Shown: positions 1 through 7,765 of the stretch, in pieces | How the letters are laid out: each line of letters opens with the position of its first letter | Position numbering within the stretch: position 1 is the first letter of the stretch | Origin: Euryarchaeota archaeon UBA130 | GTDB lineage: Archaea > Thermoplasmatota > Poseidoniia > Poseidoniales > Thalassarchaeaceae | Assembly (NCBI GenBank): GCA_002505775.1 | Contig: DAVY01000006.1 | Span: forward strand, 9,318 to 73,317 | Length of the DNA: 64,000 nt | Direction: 5' to 3' | Notes under the pieces: generated by a model | The model's input: the letters and a program-made list of their open reading frames with translations, nothing else | The model's database searches: none | What the model was told of the DNA's origin: nothing | Translations under genes and position numbers: made by a program

Positions 1-1395
1 ATCAACTGTATAACTTTGCCCGGAATCGAGGTAAATGCTTTCTGAAATGCAACCATCAGTCCTCCAAAGTTCTGATCCTGCAGAGTCAGTGAGCACGAGG
101 CTTTGACTATGTGTCCCTGCTGATCTTACCGACGTTCTGAATAGGCAACCTATGTCAGTTGGTACTTCTGATACTCCCAAGTCCTCTACCTCAAAGGTGA
201 AACTACTGCTGTAAACCAACTCAGATCCATCTTCCAAACCAAAGAAAGAAGCCCTATCCTCTGCGGAGTTTCTTCCAGTTTCGCTGTCCGCATGCCCATT
301 GTCCCCATTGAAATCAATAATTTTGAATTTTGTTGGTTGGTATATTCCCCATTTGGACCAATGTGTGGCGGCTATGACACACCAATCAGCTACATCCTCT
401 CCTTCGGCTAAGCTATTCCAAGCAGCCAATCCCTGACTCTCTTCATATGGTATGCACTCATCTTCCCATTGGTCCCAGACATTTCCTTCTTCAACGTGAA
501 CGAGAGTGTCTGATGGTTGAGCTCTGAGGGCATCTAAATCTTCCATATCGTCCATCGCCCCTAGTCCTCCATAGTCCCAGAATCCATTTTCATAGACAGG
601 CCAAGTTACTACTGAAATCAGAACTGCAGCAATTAGGGAACCAACCGCTACTTGTCTTCCTATGCGGGGAGTCACTCTGGATCCAACAGAGTTTAGTAGG
701 AACTTCCTAGTTGGGAAGTAAATTATGGCGAATAAGAAAATTCCAGTAAGTATCCAAGGTACGGCGTTGAAAACTTCTGCAGTCCAAGGGGCCTGTCGGC
801 CACACATCAATTCTGAATGTGATCCCGTGAAGCAGTAATCACTACGGTCCTTGGCGTACAAGTCTAGGAATATGTTGATTGAGAACACCGAGATGAACCA
901 AACATGTGCGAGGTAGACTGCACCAGCGGTAGCGAACCAGGGGTCCTCAACCCCTCTCTTCTCTCTACCGGGGAGAAATGGTGGCAATGCCAAGATTCCA
1001 ACTGGGAGCCCGGTAATTGCAGCGCCCCACCATGCAGCATTCCAGTCTATCACCGGAGCTCCTAGGAATTCACCAATAGGGCCGGCAGGAATGACGAACT
1101 GAGGGAGATACTCCCCCCATCTGAGATATCCATATGAGAAAAGAACATACCAGTCCGGGAATACGAATCCAGCTTGAGCGAATGGATCTGCGGCACTATG
1201 CAAAGGAGGTGGAATGAGCCATGAATAGAATGCTATTGTCATCACAATGGATGCGAAAATAATGGTATCCCTGAGTACTTCTGTGGGCCAGAAAGGATGT
1301 CCTGTGAAAGTCCTCCTCCTCTCTTTATCAGCTTCAAGGAGCTTATCTCTCTCGCTGATGTATGTGTCAGCGATTCTACCAAATCTCTCCATCAT
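1..1395 (-). CDS. Cytochrome b C-terminal domain / subunit IV-like protein (PDWY = PEWY-motif) with a long soluble C-terminal extension. Partial: runs off the window start.
   Basis: Translated by hand from the minus strand, ATGATG start at 1395. Sequence reads MMERFGRIADTY…AGFVFPDWYVLFSY (PEWY-like motif of cyt b C-domain / b6f subunit IV), then TM helices and a >250 aa acidic, Trp-rich tail. Sits directly downstream of the cytochrome b N-domain gene. Not in the ORF track because it is edge-truncated. Confidence 0.55.
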   Translation of the reverse strand, partial: MMERFGRIADTYISERDKLLEADKERRRTFTGHPFWPTEVLRDTIIFASIVMTIAFYSWLIPPPLHSAADPFAQAGFVFPDWYVLFSYGYLRWGEYLPQFVIPAGPIGEFLGAPVIDWNAAWWGAAITGLPVGILALPPFLPGREKRGVEDPWFATAGAVYLAHVWFISVFSINIFLDLYAKDRSDYCFTGSHSELMCGRQAPWTAEVFNAVPWILTGIFLFAIIYFPTRKFLLNSVGSRVTPRIGRQVAVGSLIAAVLISVVTWPVYENGFWDYGGLGAMDDMEDLDALRAQPSDTLVHVEEGNVWDQWEDECIPYEESQGLAAWNSLAEGEDVADWCVIAATHWSKWGIYQPTKFKIIDFNGDNGHADSETGRNSAEDRASFFGLEDGSELVYSSSFTFEVEDLGVSEVPTDIGCLFRTSVRSAGTHSQSLVLTDSAGSELWRTDGCISESIYLDSGQSYTVD

Positions 1396-1411
1396 CCCCA
1401 TAATATCAACC

Positions 1412-2287
1412 TCAGTGTGGCTCCGCAATTCCTTGTGCCCAAACTATGAACAAGTGAGCAAGAATTAGAGTTGTGACTACAACAGGTAGGATGAAAACAT
1501 GAAGGAAATACATTCTTGTTACTGTTTGGCCGGTCACGGTAGTACCAGCAAACATGGCTGTGGCGACCCATCCTCCGATCAGTGGAGTAGAGTTGGCCAT
1601 GTTAATTCCGATAGTAGCCGCGCCAAACGCCAGACTGTCCCATGGCAGCAGATATCCTGAGTAGCCAAAGAATATTGTGAAGAACATCAAGGCAACACCA
1701 ATTAGCCAATTAAGCTCACGAGGATTTCTGTAGGCCCCGGTAAAGTATACCCTGCACATGTGCAAGAAAACGGCGGCGACCATGAAATGTGTGGTCCAAT
1801 GGTGGATGGATCTAATGATGTAACCGAATGGGAGTTGGGTCATGATGAATTCCATACTACTGTAGGCGGGAGTCGGATCCCCCTCCCCACCTGGGACATA
1901 GTACAGTCCGAGGACAGTGCCAGTAATCACGAGAATTACAAACGCGAGGAAAGAAATTCCTCCGAGGCAGTACAGAGGGTACCAGTACCATATTATTCTG
2001 AGCTTGTATTTCTCAGCATGTGTCATCGGCATCTGTCTGTGCATGCCGTAGTATGCATCTCTACTCATCCCCCAGTAGTCTTGAATTCTGAACCTAGTAT
2101 CCAACCAAGAGAAGGCCCAGAGGAAGGTCTTCTCGGCCAGCCCCATACTACTTGCACTTGTTTCCACCGCTCGGAGGATATCTTTTCTCGGCATTTCTTC
2201 CCTTTCCTTTCTGAGAGTGAGAGCCACTATTACAACAACCAAAGTGATGAAAACCCAAAGGAACCAAAATTGAATCATCTTACTCAC
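1412..2287 (-). CDS. Cytochrome b, N-terminal heme-binding domain (b6-type split cytochrome b)
   Basis: 291 aa. Conserved cyt b features: His ligands in TM helices (…RSIHHWTTHFMVAAVFLHMCRVYFTGAY…), WLIGVALMF and GYLLPWDSLAFGAA segments typical of cytochrome b/b6. Sits between the Rieske gene and the PEWY-domain gene. Confidence 0.85.
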   Translation of the reverse strand: MSKMIQFWFLWVFITLVVVIVALTLRKEREEMPRKDILRAVETSASSMGLAEKTFLWAFSWLDTRFRIQDYWGMSRDAYYGMHRQMPMTHAEKYKLRIIWYWYPLYCLGGISFLAFVILVITGTVLGLYYVPGGEGDPTPAYSSMEFIMTQLPFGYIIRSIHHWTTHFMVAAVFLHMCRVYFTGAYRNPRELNWLIGVALMFFTIFFGYSGYLLPWDSLAFGAATIGINMANSTPLIGGWVATAMFAGTTVTGQTVTRMYFLHVFILPVVVTTLILAHLFIVWAQGIAEPH

Positions 2288-2288
2288 C

Positions 2289-3143
2289 TCAGTCGCAGTA
2301 TGTGTACCAATCCTTGAAATCAGGCAATGCCTCTATCAAATCTCCGTTAAGTACGAAGGGTATCAGTGGCATCCCCATTGGTGCCGGGCCCCCGGCCCTC
2401 TTAATACCAATGAAATCAAACTCTGCCCCACTAGATCTGTTTCGTGCCCTATTTTTTTCAATTACAGTCGGGTCGAATCTAGATGAATGGCAGATGCAGA
2501 ATAATTTATTTCCGCCAGAGTCGGTGCCATTTGGAACCCACTGATCTTCGGTAAACTCGTTCGTTACTAGTTGCCACCCAGGAATGCAACAGAGATGCGT
2601 GCATCTGGAGAAAATGAGGATTAAATTATCATGAATTGACAGTGCCTCATATTGAGGGTCCTCATCAAGCTCATATCCCGAGCCGACATATTTCCCATCC
2701 ACCGTGTAACCGTCCATAAACTGGAATCTGGGTTTATCTTGAATGAGGTCAGAACCCTTGTTTTCTTCGTGAGGAACGTAAACAGCATTCACAGGCATTC
2801 CCGACCACACCCCTTGAGCGGCTGACATACCCGTTGAGGAACTTGATGCCGCATCAACAAACGATTGATATGTCATAGGCTCCAAGTGCTTGTCTCCATA
2901 CCAGACTGAATCCTCAGCCCCCGTTGGGACCCAATATCTGACAGCAGTGTCCCCTCCTGAGGTATCTGATTGGCCCATAAGGAGTGCAGCAAAACCTACG
3001 CTGGTTAGGCCTGCCATGGTAATTACTCCTGCCGCTGTATTGAAGGAATGTCTCATAAATTGCCTCCTGTCAATCATGTGCGCGTCCGAATCGTTACCTT
3101 CGTCACCTTCCGAAGTATCCCTGAGAGTGAATTTCCTTGCCAT
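2289..3143 (-). CDS. Rieske [2Fe-2S] iron-sulfur protein (Tat-exported)
   Basis: Twin-arginine signal RRQFMRHSF…AGL. Rieske box I CTHLCC and box II CICHSS. Stop/start abut the cytochrome b gene. Confidence 0.85.
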   Translation of the reverse strand: MARKFTLRDTSEGDEGNDSDAHMIDRRQFMRHSFNTAAGVITMAGLTSVGFAALLMGQSDTSGGDTAVRYWVPTGAEDSVWYGDKHLEPMTYQSFVDAASSSSTGMSAAQGVWSGMPVNAVYVPHEENKGSDLIQDKPRFQFMDGYTVDGKYVGSGYELDEDPQYEALSIHDNLILIFSRCTHLCCIPGWQLVTNEFTEDQWVPNGTDSGGNKLFCICHSSRFDPTVIEKNRARNRSSGAEFDFIGIKRAGGPAPMGMPLIPFVLNGDLIEALPDFKDWYTYCD

Positions 3144-3146
3144 GTT

Positions 3147-3596
3147 CTAGACCTCATATTTTTTCCAGGATTCGGGATCCTTCGCTGTGATGTATTTGTT
3201 TCTCCTGCTCTTAACTATCACTATGTCCGGCATTACATACTTCATGTATATCATACCCAAGATGATCACCGTCAGGAGAAGCATCCCTAGGAAGAAAGAA
3301 AGCATCTGCTGGTCCCATTTGTTGTAAAGCCCGTATGATAGTGATCCAGCCCAGTATAGTGACCACACTATTCCCCATAGGCCAACTAGGATGATTAGCC
3401 ATGAGTCCCCTGACGGAGATACGCTGGCCCTTACTATAGAGCCAGCTGGAGCCTCGTTAAACACACCATGTTCTATTGCCGACTCATACGCTTCTTCGGA
3501 TAACGATATGCCGTCCAAGGCATCTCTAGCGTCTTCTACACTTACCTCTCCAGAAGCTACTTGCCTCAGCATCTTCATGACCACATCGTCTTTCAT
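3147..3596 (-). CDS. Small membrane protein, probable accessory subunit of the Rieske/cyt b complex
   Basis: 149 aa, soluble N-terminus followed by 2–3 predicted TM helices. Translationally coupled (ATGA overlap at 3596) within the five-gene minus-strand operon. Confidence 0.4.
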   Translation of the reverse strand: MKDDVVMKMLRQVASGEVSVEDARDALDGISLSEEAYESAIEHGVFNEAPAGSIVRASVSPSGDSWLIILVGLWGIVWSLYWAGSLSYGLYNKWDQQMLSFFLGMLLLTVIILGMIYMKYVMPDIVIVKSRRNKYITAKDPESWKKYEV

Positions 3597-4432
3597 TACT
3601 GATCACCCCTTCTCTGATGCTTTATCCTCAACCTCAGCAAGTTACTCCTTCCCTCATAATGCCTAGAAAAACCGTATCTCAACATAAGGCCGCAGAAAAT
3701 AATCACAATCACAACTGCCGCGAATCCAAGCAGGCCTAGCCAATGAGCCCTCATTCCAGCTCCCATGTGATGTAAGTCTACGCCTTCTTCGACAGGGGCA
3801 GGGGGCTCTATATCCCCATTTCCGACGAAGACCGTGCGGACTCCGCCAAATTCGCCTTCATCCATGGAAGCGCTGAGACGGTTCCACCTATCGAGTTGTG
3901 AAGGAATACCATCCCCATTCACGGAATTTCCAGCTAGCCATATGGTCACCACACCCGTTCCCTCTGGGGGGGCCGTCCATATGATGTACCACATTCTGTC
4001 TGGGGCCTTGGATCCAGAGTTACTATGTGTTAGAGATGTAACTTCATCTTCCCAATTGTAAACTAAAGCTTCAGATCCCGCTGAGCCAGCTAGGGAGCCA
4101 CTACTAACTCGCATCGAGAATCCACCGGTATGTGATGCGGTATCTGCAGGAGGGCCTCCGATAATCTGAATAACCATCTCGTATGACTCGCCCGGCTCAT
4201 ATCTGTAAGGAACATCGGTCAGGATTAGAGTCACGGAATTATCTGGCTCATCAGCATGGCATGTGCATCCTGCTAGAGCGACATCGCCCTCGTTGTTTGC
4301 ATCCCCTCCTATTCCGGTTGGATTGGCCTGAGAGCCTCCAGCGGCAAGTACAGCGACTATGCTGATAGCCAGCATCTTCCTCACTGTGAGCACACTAGAC
4401 GCCATAGGCAACACCCTTGTTGAACATGCCAC
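3596..4432 (-). CDS. Secreted, C-terminally membrane-anchored protein with GCxCH motif; paralog of 46989..48107. Candidate redox partner of the Rieske/cyt b complex.
   Basis: 278 aa. N-terminal signal/TM (LAISIVAVLAAGG), motif AGCTCHADEP, conserved W-IIWTAPPEG…WLAGNSVNGDGIP block, C-terminal TM helix and basic tail. First gene of the cyt bc operon. Confidence 0.5.
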   Translation of the reverse strand: MACSTRVLPMASSVLTVRKMLAISIVAVLAAGGSQANPTGIGGDANNEGDVALAGCTCHADEPDNSVTLILTDVPYRYEPGESYEMVIQIIGGPPADTASHTGGFSMRVSSGSLAGSAGSEALVYNWEDEVTSLTHSNSGSKAPDRMWYIIWTAPPEGTGVVTIWLAGNSVNGDGIPSQLDRWNRLSASMDEGEFGGVRTVFVGNGDIEPPAPVEEGVDLHHMGAGMRAHWLGLLGFAAVVIVIIFCGLMLRYGFSRHYEGRSNLLRLRIKHQRRGDQ

Positions 4433-4549
4433 CTGAAAGGGGGCTATTAACGTTGCATTGTCGGACTGTCAAACCGAACCCCGAAACATCCCAATTTGTA
4501 ACTTCCATGGTCACGCCAAACTAATAGGCTGAAGCCTCAAGGCAAACTC

Positions 4550-4855
4550 ATGTCAGGGCCAGTTTGGAGGAATGTATACAGTCTGACGGACAATCAAATT
4601 TCCATGCTTGACATGGCCGAAGACAACATGGAAATGATGAAGCTTGGACTGGCTGAAAGGATACTAATAGACATGCTTGAAGATGATCCAAAGTGTATCC
4701 CAGTTCTGAATGTCATGGCACACTTTCAAGGAAGATATATTTCCGATTTCGAGAAAGCAGTGGAATACTATGACAGAGTCCTGGAACTGGAACCAGATAA
4801 TGCATGGGCTAGGGATGAGAGGAGACGTTACCTCAGATATTCGACCTATGATTAA
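4550..4855 (+). CDS. Small TPR-like protein (hypothetical)
   Basis: 101 aa ORF. YYDRVLELEPDNAWARDERRRY resembles a TPR helix pair. Ends 8 bp into the probable start of the FtsZ-like gene. Confidence 0.3.
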   Translation: MSGPVWRNVYSLTDNQISMLDMAEDNMEMMKLGLAERILIDMLEDDPKCIPVLNVMAHFQGRYISDFEKAVEYYDRVLELEPDNAWARDERRRYLRYSTYD

Positions 4856-5795
4856 GCAATTCTATACGCCTGCCCCATACTCGAAGCTCGTGCAGGATGG
4901 CGAGGTCCTTGTTGTGGGAGTGGGAGGCATAGGTTGTCTGTGGGCAGTAGAGGCACACTCAGGATGCCCAAATTTAGCAGAATTGTTGTTAATTGATGCT
5001 GATGAATCTTCCTTTGAAGGTGCTAGCGATGCAAATTGCCTATTCTTAGATTCGGGAGGCGAGGGACGTGGAGCTGCTGCACTTCCTTCAATGGCGATTC
5101 ACAGGCTCAGGGATGGCATGGAATCAATCTCCGATCTTCTCGATAGGGCAGAGGTCATGATTTTGATGACCGGTTTAGGTGGGGGGATGGGGTCAGGAGC
5201 CTCAGGAGAGCTGGCCAGGATGGCTAAACAATTTGGCTGTTTGGTGCTTTCAGTAGCCGGACTCCCCTTCGCAGAGCAACCACTCAGATGTTCGATTGCG
5301 GAAGAAGCACTGCCTTCGTTGGAGGCAAACTCTGATGTGTGCATCAGGGTGAGCATGGAGCGTCTAGCTTGGCAATCGAGGAGAAGAAAGACCAACTGGA
5401 TGATAGGATCAGGATGGATAGGGGAGCTTGTCGAGGGATTAGTAACTACACTTGCCAGTGTGGGAAGGATCAACCTCGATCTAATGGATATGAAGGCAAT
5501 AATCAATAAAAAAGGAAATGCTACTCTGATTGTGGGGACCGGCTCATCTGAAAATCCCAGCTCTGTAGTCGAAATGGCCAGAAACTCCCCCTTGAATGAC
5601 GTCACCATTGAGGGTGCAAAGGGGTGTATGATTCAGGTTGAAGGCGGGCCTGATATGACTCTCTCCCATCTCACGGAATTGACAGATACATTCGTATCCC
5701 AGATGGATCCTGATTGCCAAGTCATCATGGGAGCTAGGGTAAGCGACGAAATGATTGGAAAACTCAGGCTTGTGGCTGTAGTGAGCGGCATTTAG
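4848..5795 (+). CDS. Divergent FtsZ/tubulin-superfamily GTPase (short FtsZ paralog)
   Basis: Glycine-rich T1 loop VVGVGGIGC, T4 signature GLGGGMGSGASG (GGGTG[ST]G-like), T7-like INLDLMDMKAII followed by GTG. Start moved to internal Met MIKQFYTPA (4848), since the upstream part of the 4710 ORF overlaps the TPR ORF in another frame. Confidence 0.6.
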   Translation: MIKQFYTPAPYSKLVQDGEVLVVGVGGIGCLWAVEAHSGCPNLAELLLIDADESSFEGASDANCLFLDSGGEGRGAAALPSMAIHRLRDGMESISDLLDRAEVMILMTGLGGGMGSGASGELARMAKQFGCLVLSVAGLPFAEQPLRCSIAEEALPSLEANSDVCIRVSMERLAWQSRRRKTNWMIGSGWIGELVEGLVTTLASVGRINLDLMDMKAIINKKGNATLIVGTGSSENPSSVVEMARNSPLNDVTIEGAKGCMIQVEGGPDMTLSHLTELTDTFVSQMDPDCQVIMGARVSDEMIGKLRLVAVVSGI

Positions 5796-5830
5796 ATTCG
5801 ATTAATTAACTCACTTGTACTCCCAAGGCC

Positions 5831-6121
5831 ATGGCAAAGCTAAGCAAGGCCAAAAGGGGGAAAAACAGGTGGATAGGAATCATTGTCACAAATCCCTCCA
5901 TTACTCGGTCTGAAATGGGGAATTTATTGGAATTAGGTTTGCAGGGGATAAGCTGGAAGCTATTCGATTTTCACCAGCATGGAAATCAGAAAATAGCCAT
6001 AATCAGGACTATGTTGGAAGATACATCGGAAGCTCGTGACAGGGTCAATTCAATTGAAGGGCTATCGACCACTACCACCTCAGGTAAAATTAGGTTGGTA
6101 AGAGAAAGACTCAGTCGGTAA
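5831..6121 (+). CDS. Possible RNase P protein subunit Pop5 (Rnp2)-like
   Basis: 96 aa. Pattern KNRWIGIIV … GNQKIAIIRT … TTSGKIRLVRERL resembles the RxRYIxFEI … GIVRC … TSGTIK signature of archaeal Pop5. Weak, from memory only. Confidence 0.35.
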   Translation: MAKLSKAKRGKNRWIGIIVTNPSITRSEMGNLLELGLQGISWKLFDFHQHGNQKIAIIRTMLEDTSEARDRVNSIEGLSTTTTSGKIRLVRERLSR

Positions 6122-7469
6122 CGACGTTATTGCCAAACCCCCACACTAGGCCGTCGGTGGTCGAAAGAGCCTTCCTTTTACCTCTGTCAACAATGTGTAG
6201 AAACCCATCAGTGTCAATGCCCACGACTCTGACCTCCTTTCCCTTGTATCCTACCCTTTGTCCCCTTGAGAGCAATCTAGAAAGTGCCTTCCATGAATCG
6301 ATTTGCAGTGACAAGGGGCTGTTATCAGGGATCCTGTCATCTTTCTCAATTATCGAAGAAACCATAGAATCCACGCAATCAAATATGAAGTCCCTTGGAA
6401 GTTCACCCAGAGTGTCCCTCCAACCCGGGCAAAATTCCCCCTCAACTGTTCTACTGGTTGAATTGATTCCGATCCCCAATCTAAAACCTCTATCCGAGCT
6501 ATTAGCCTCGATTAGAATGCCACCAATTTTCTTTCCTGTAGCAGAAACAAGATCATTGGGCCACTTCAAGTCGCAATTAATCAAGCTAGAAACTGAGGCC
6601 CCTACGGATATCTGAAGTAACCCAGGAGAAGGGAGCTCTGAGATTTCTCTATTTATCCTCCATGAGGCAATTAAATCCCCCTCCTTAGATTCCCATATGG
6701 ATCCTCTCCTGCCCCTTCCCATTACTTGATTGTCTGTGACAATTCTCTGCCAACCTTCTGCAGGAAGGTCAACGGAATAGTCCATCGTGGATTCACAAGA
6801 GTTGACCTTGACTGCGGGTATCCCAAAGCCCGTTTTCCAAAGGCAAAAGACCCCTAGTTTTTCATCCCCCATCCTGAGTGAATCCATAATTCTGCAAGAC
6901 CAACCAGAGTTGGACCAGTCTGAAGGCGTGCTGGGGCTGTCAGGCTCGATCCTGAAGAGCGCAACTACGACTATATTCTCGCTCCCATGATTGTTTAGGT
7001 ATTCCAAGAGCTCGAAAGACCAACCCTTGCCACCTATGTCACTCATGGAAGCCTCCTCTATTGGTTCTAGCAAAGGCTCTCCTTCTTCCGGCGGGGATAG
7101 GTAGGGCAAGTTCCAGACTACCAGCTCAACATCATCAGGTATGCGCCATCCACTTTCCCCCAGCCCCCCTTCGTCTATCACAACAGAACCCGAATATCCT
7201 AGCTTCTCGATATTCGCCCGTGAGCAAGCCACCGCATAGGGATTTATGTCATAACCATGGACATTCCAACCCATTTCAGATAATGCCATTGACACAACCC
7301 CAGATCCACAACCTATCTCGACAGCCTTCCTCCCCCTGCCCTTTATTTTAGACAAGGTTCTGCAGATTAATTCAGTATCCTCTCTCGGTGGATACACACT
7401 CGGTGCTAGGTCGACGTCCCATGGCCCGAATCTTCCCGAACTGAAGCTGATAGTTTTGACCCCTCTCAT
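6111..7469 (-). CDS. Fusion protein: N-terminal HemK/Mtq2-like N5-glutamine methyltransferase domain + C-terminal biotin–protein ligase (BirA) catalytic and SH3-like domains
   Basis: N-terminus: VYPPREDTELI (HemK/Mtq2 VYxPxEDS motif), SAM-binding VEIGCGSGVVS, WNLPY (NPPY-like). C-terminus: BirA signature GRGRRGSIWESKEGDLIASW, KWPNDLV, GGILIE, and C-terminal β-domain. Confidence 0.6.
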   Translation of the reverse strand: MRGVKTISFSSGRFGPWDVDLAPSVYPPREDTELICRTLSKIKGRGRKAVEIGCGSGVVSMALSEMGWNVHGYDINPYAVACSRANIEKLGYSGSVVIDEGGLGESGWRIPDDVELVVWNLPYLSPPEEGEPLLEPIEEASMSDIGGKGWSFELLEYLNNHGSENIVVVALFRIEPDSPSTPSDWSNSGWSCRIMDSLRMGDEKLGVFCLWKTGFGIPAVKVNSCESTMDYSVDLPAEGWQRIVTDNQVMGRGRRGSIWESKEGDLIASWRINREISELPSPGLLQISVGASVSSLINCDLKWPNDLVSATGKKIGGILIEANSSDRGFRLGIGINSTSRTVEGEFCPGWRDTLGELPRDFIFDCVDSMVSSIIEKDDRIPDNSPLSLQIDSWKALSRLLSRGQRVGYKGKEVRVVGIDTDGFLHIVDRGKRKALSTTDGLVWGFGNNVVTD

Positions 7470-7639
7470 CAGAATTTCCTACCAACATCGATTTTTTGTC
7501 AGCAAACCTTATTTGTGCCCCACCTAAATTAGGTTTGCTTCCGGTAGTTCGGGAGGCCAACAGCCCCAGTGCCAGCCATGCATTTTCCGGTATATTCAAA
7601 AATGCCCCTACGGTCCAAGGATAGCCCAGCATCAGCCAT

Positions 7640-7713
7640 GGGCCTGTAGCTTAGTCAGGTAGAGCACCGGGCTTTTAACCCGGTGGCCGGGGGTTCGAAT
7701 CCCCCCGGGCCCG
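7640..7713 (+). tRNA. tRNA-Lys (anticodon TTT)
   Basis: Hand-folded cloverleaf. Acceptor GGGCCTG/CGGGCCC (one G·U), D-stem GCTT/GAGC, anticodon stem CCGGG/CCCGG with loop CTTTTAA, T-arm GGGGG-TTCGAAT-CCCCC, discriminator G. CC encoded but not the full CCA. Confidence 0.85.
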
Positions 7714-7765
7714 CCTGTTCAGCTACGGGACCATGGTTGAGAAAGGGCTGTGGGGAGTGTGGAAA

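Noticed and set aside
1760-2317. 185-aa plus-strand ORF inside the cytochrome b gene
   Set aside because: Antisense shadow of a confidently identified cyt b gene; low-complexity translation with no motifs.
3596-4432. Calling the GCxCH proteins c-type cytochromes outright
   Set aside because: Canonical haem-c attachment needs CxxCH. CxCH has the Rieske box II spacing and could bind another metal or nothing. Kept as a hypothesis in findings, not as an annotation.
4710-4847. N-terminal 46 codons of the 361-aa ORF upstream of the FtsZ-like domain
   Set aside because: Overlaps the TPR-like ORF in another frame and precedes the conserved FtsZ N-terminus; the internal Met at 4848 is the more plausible start.
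5099-5608. 169-aa minus-strand ORF inside the FtsZ-like gene
   Set aside because: Antisense shadow ORF; the sense frame carries clear FtsZ signatures.
7372-7632. 86-aa minus-strand ORF overlapping the upstream region of tRNA-Lys
   Set aside because: Overlaps the 5' end of the methyltransferase–BirA gene and its promoter region; no motifs; likely spurious.
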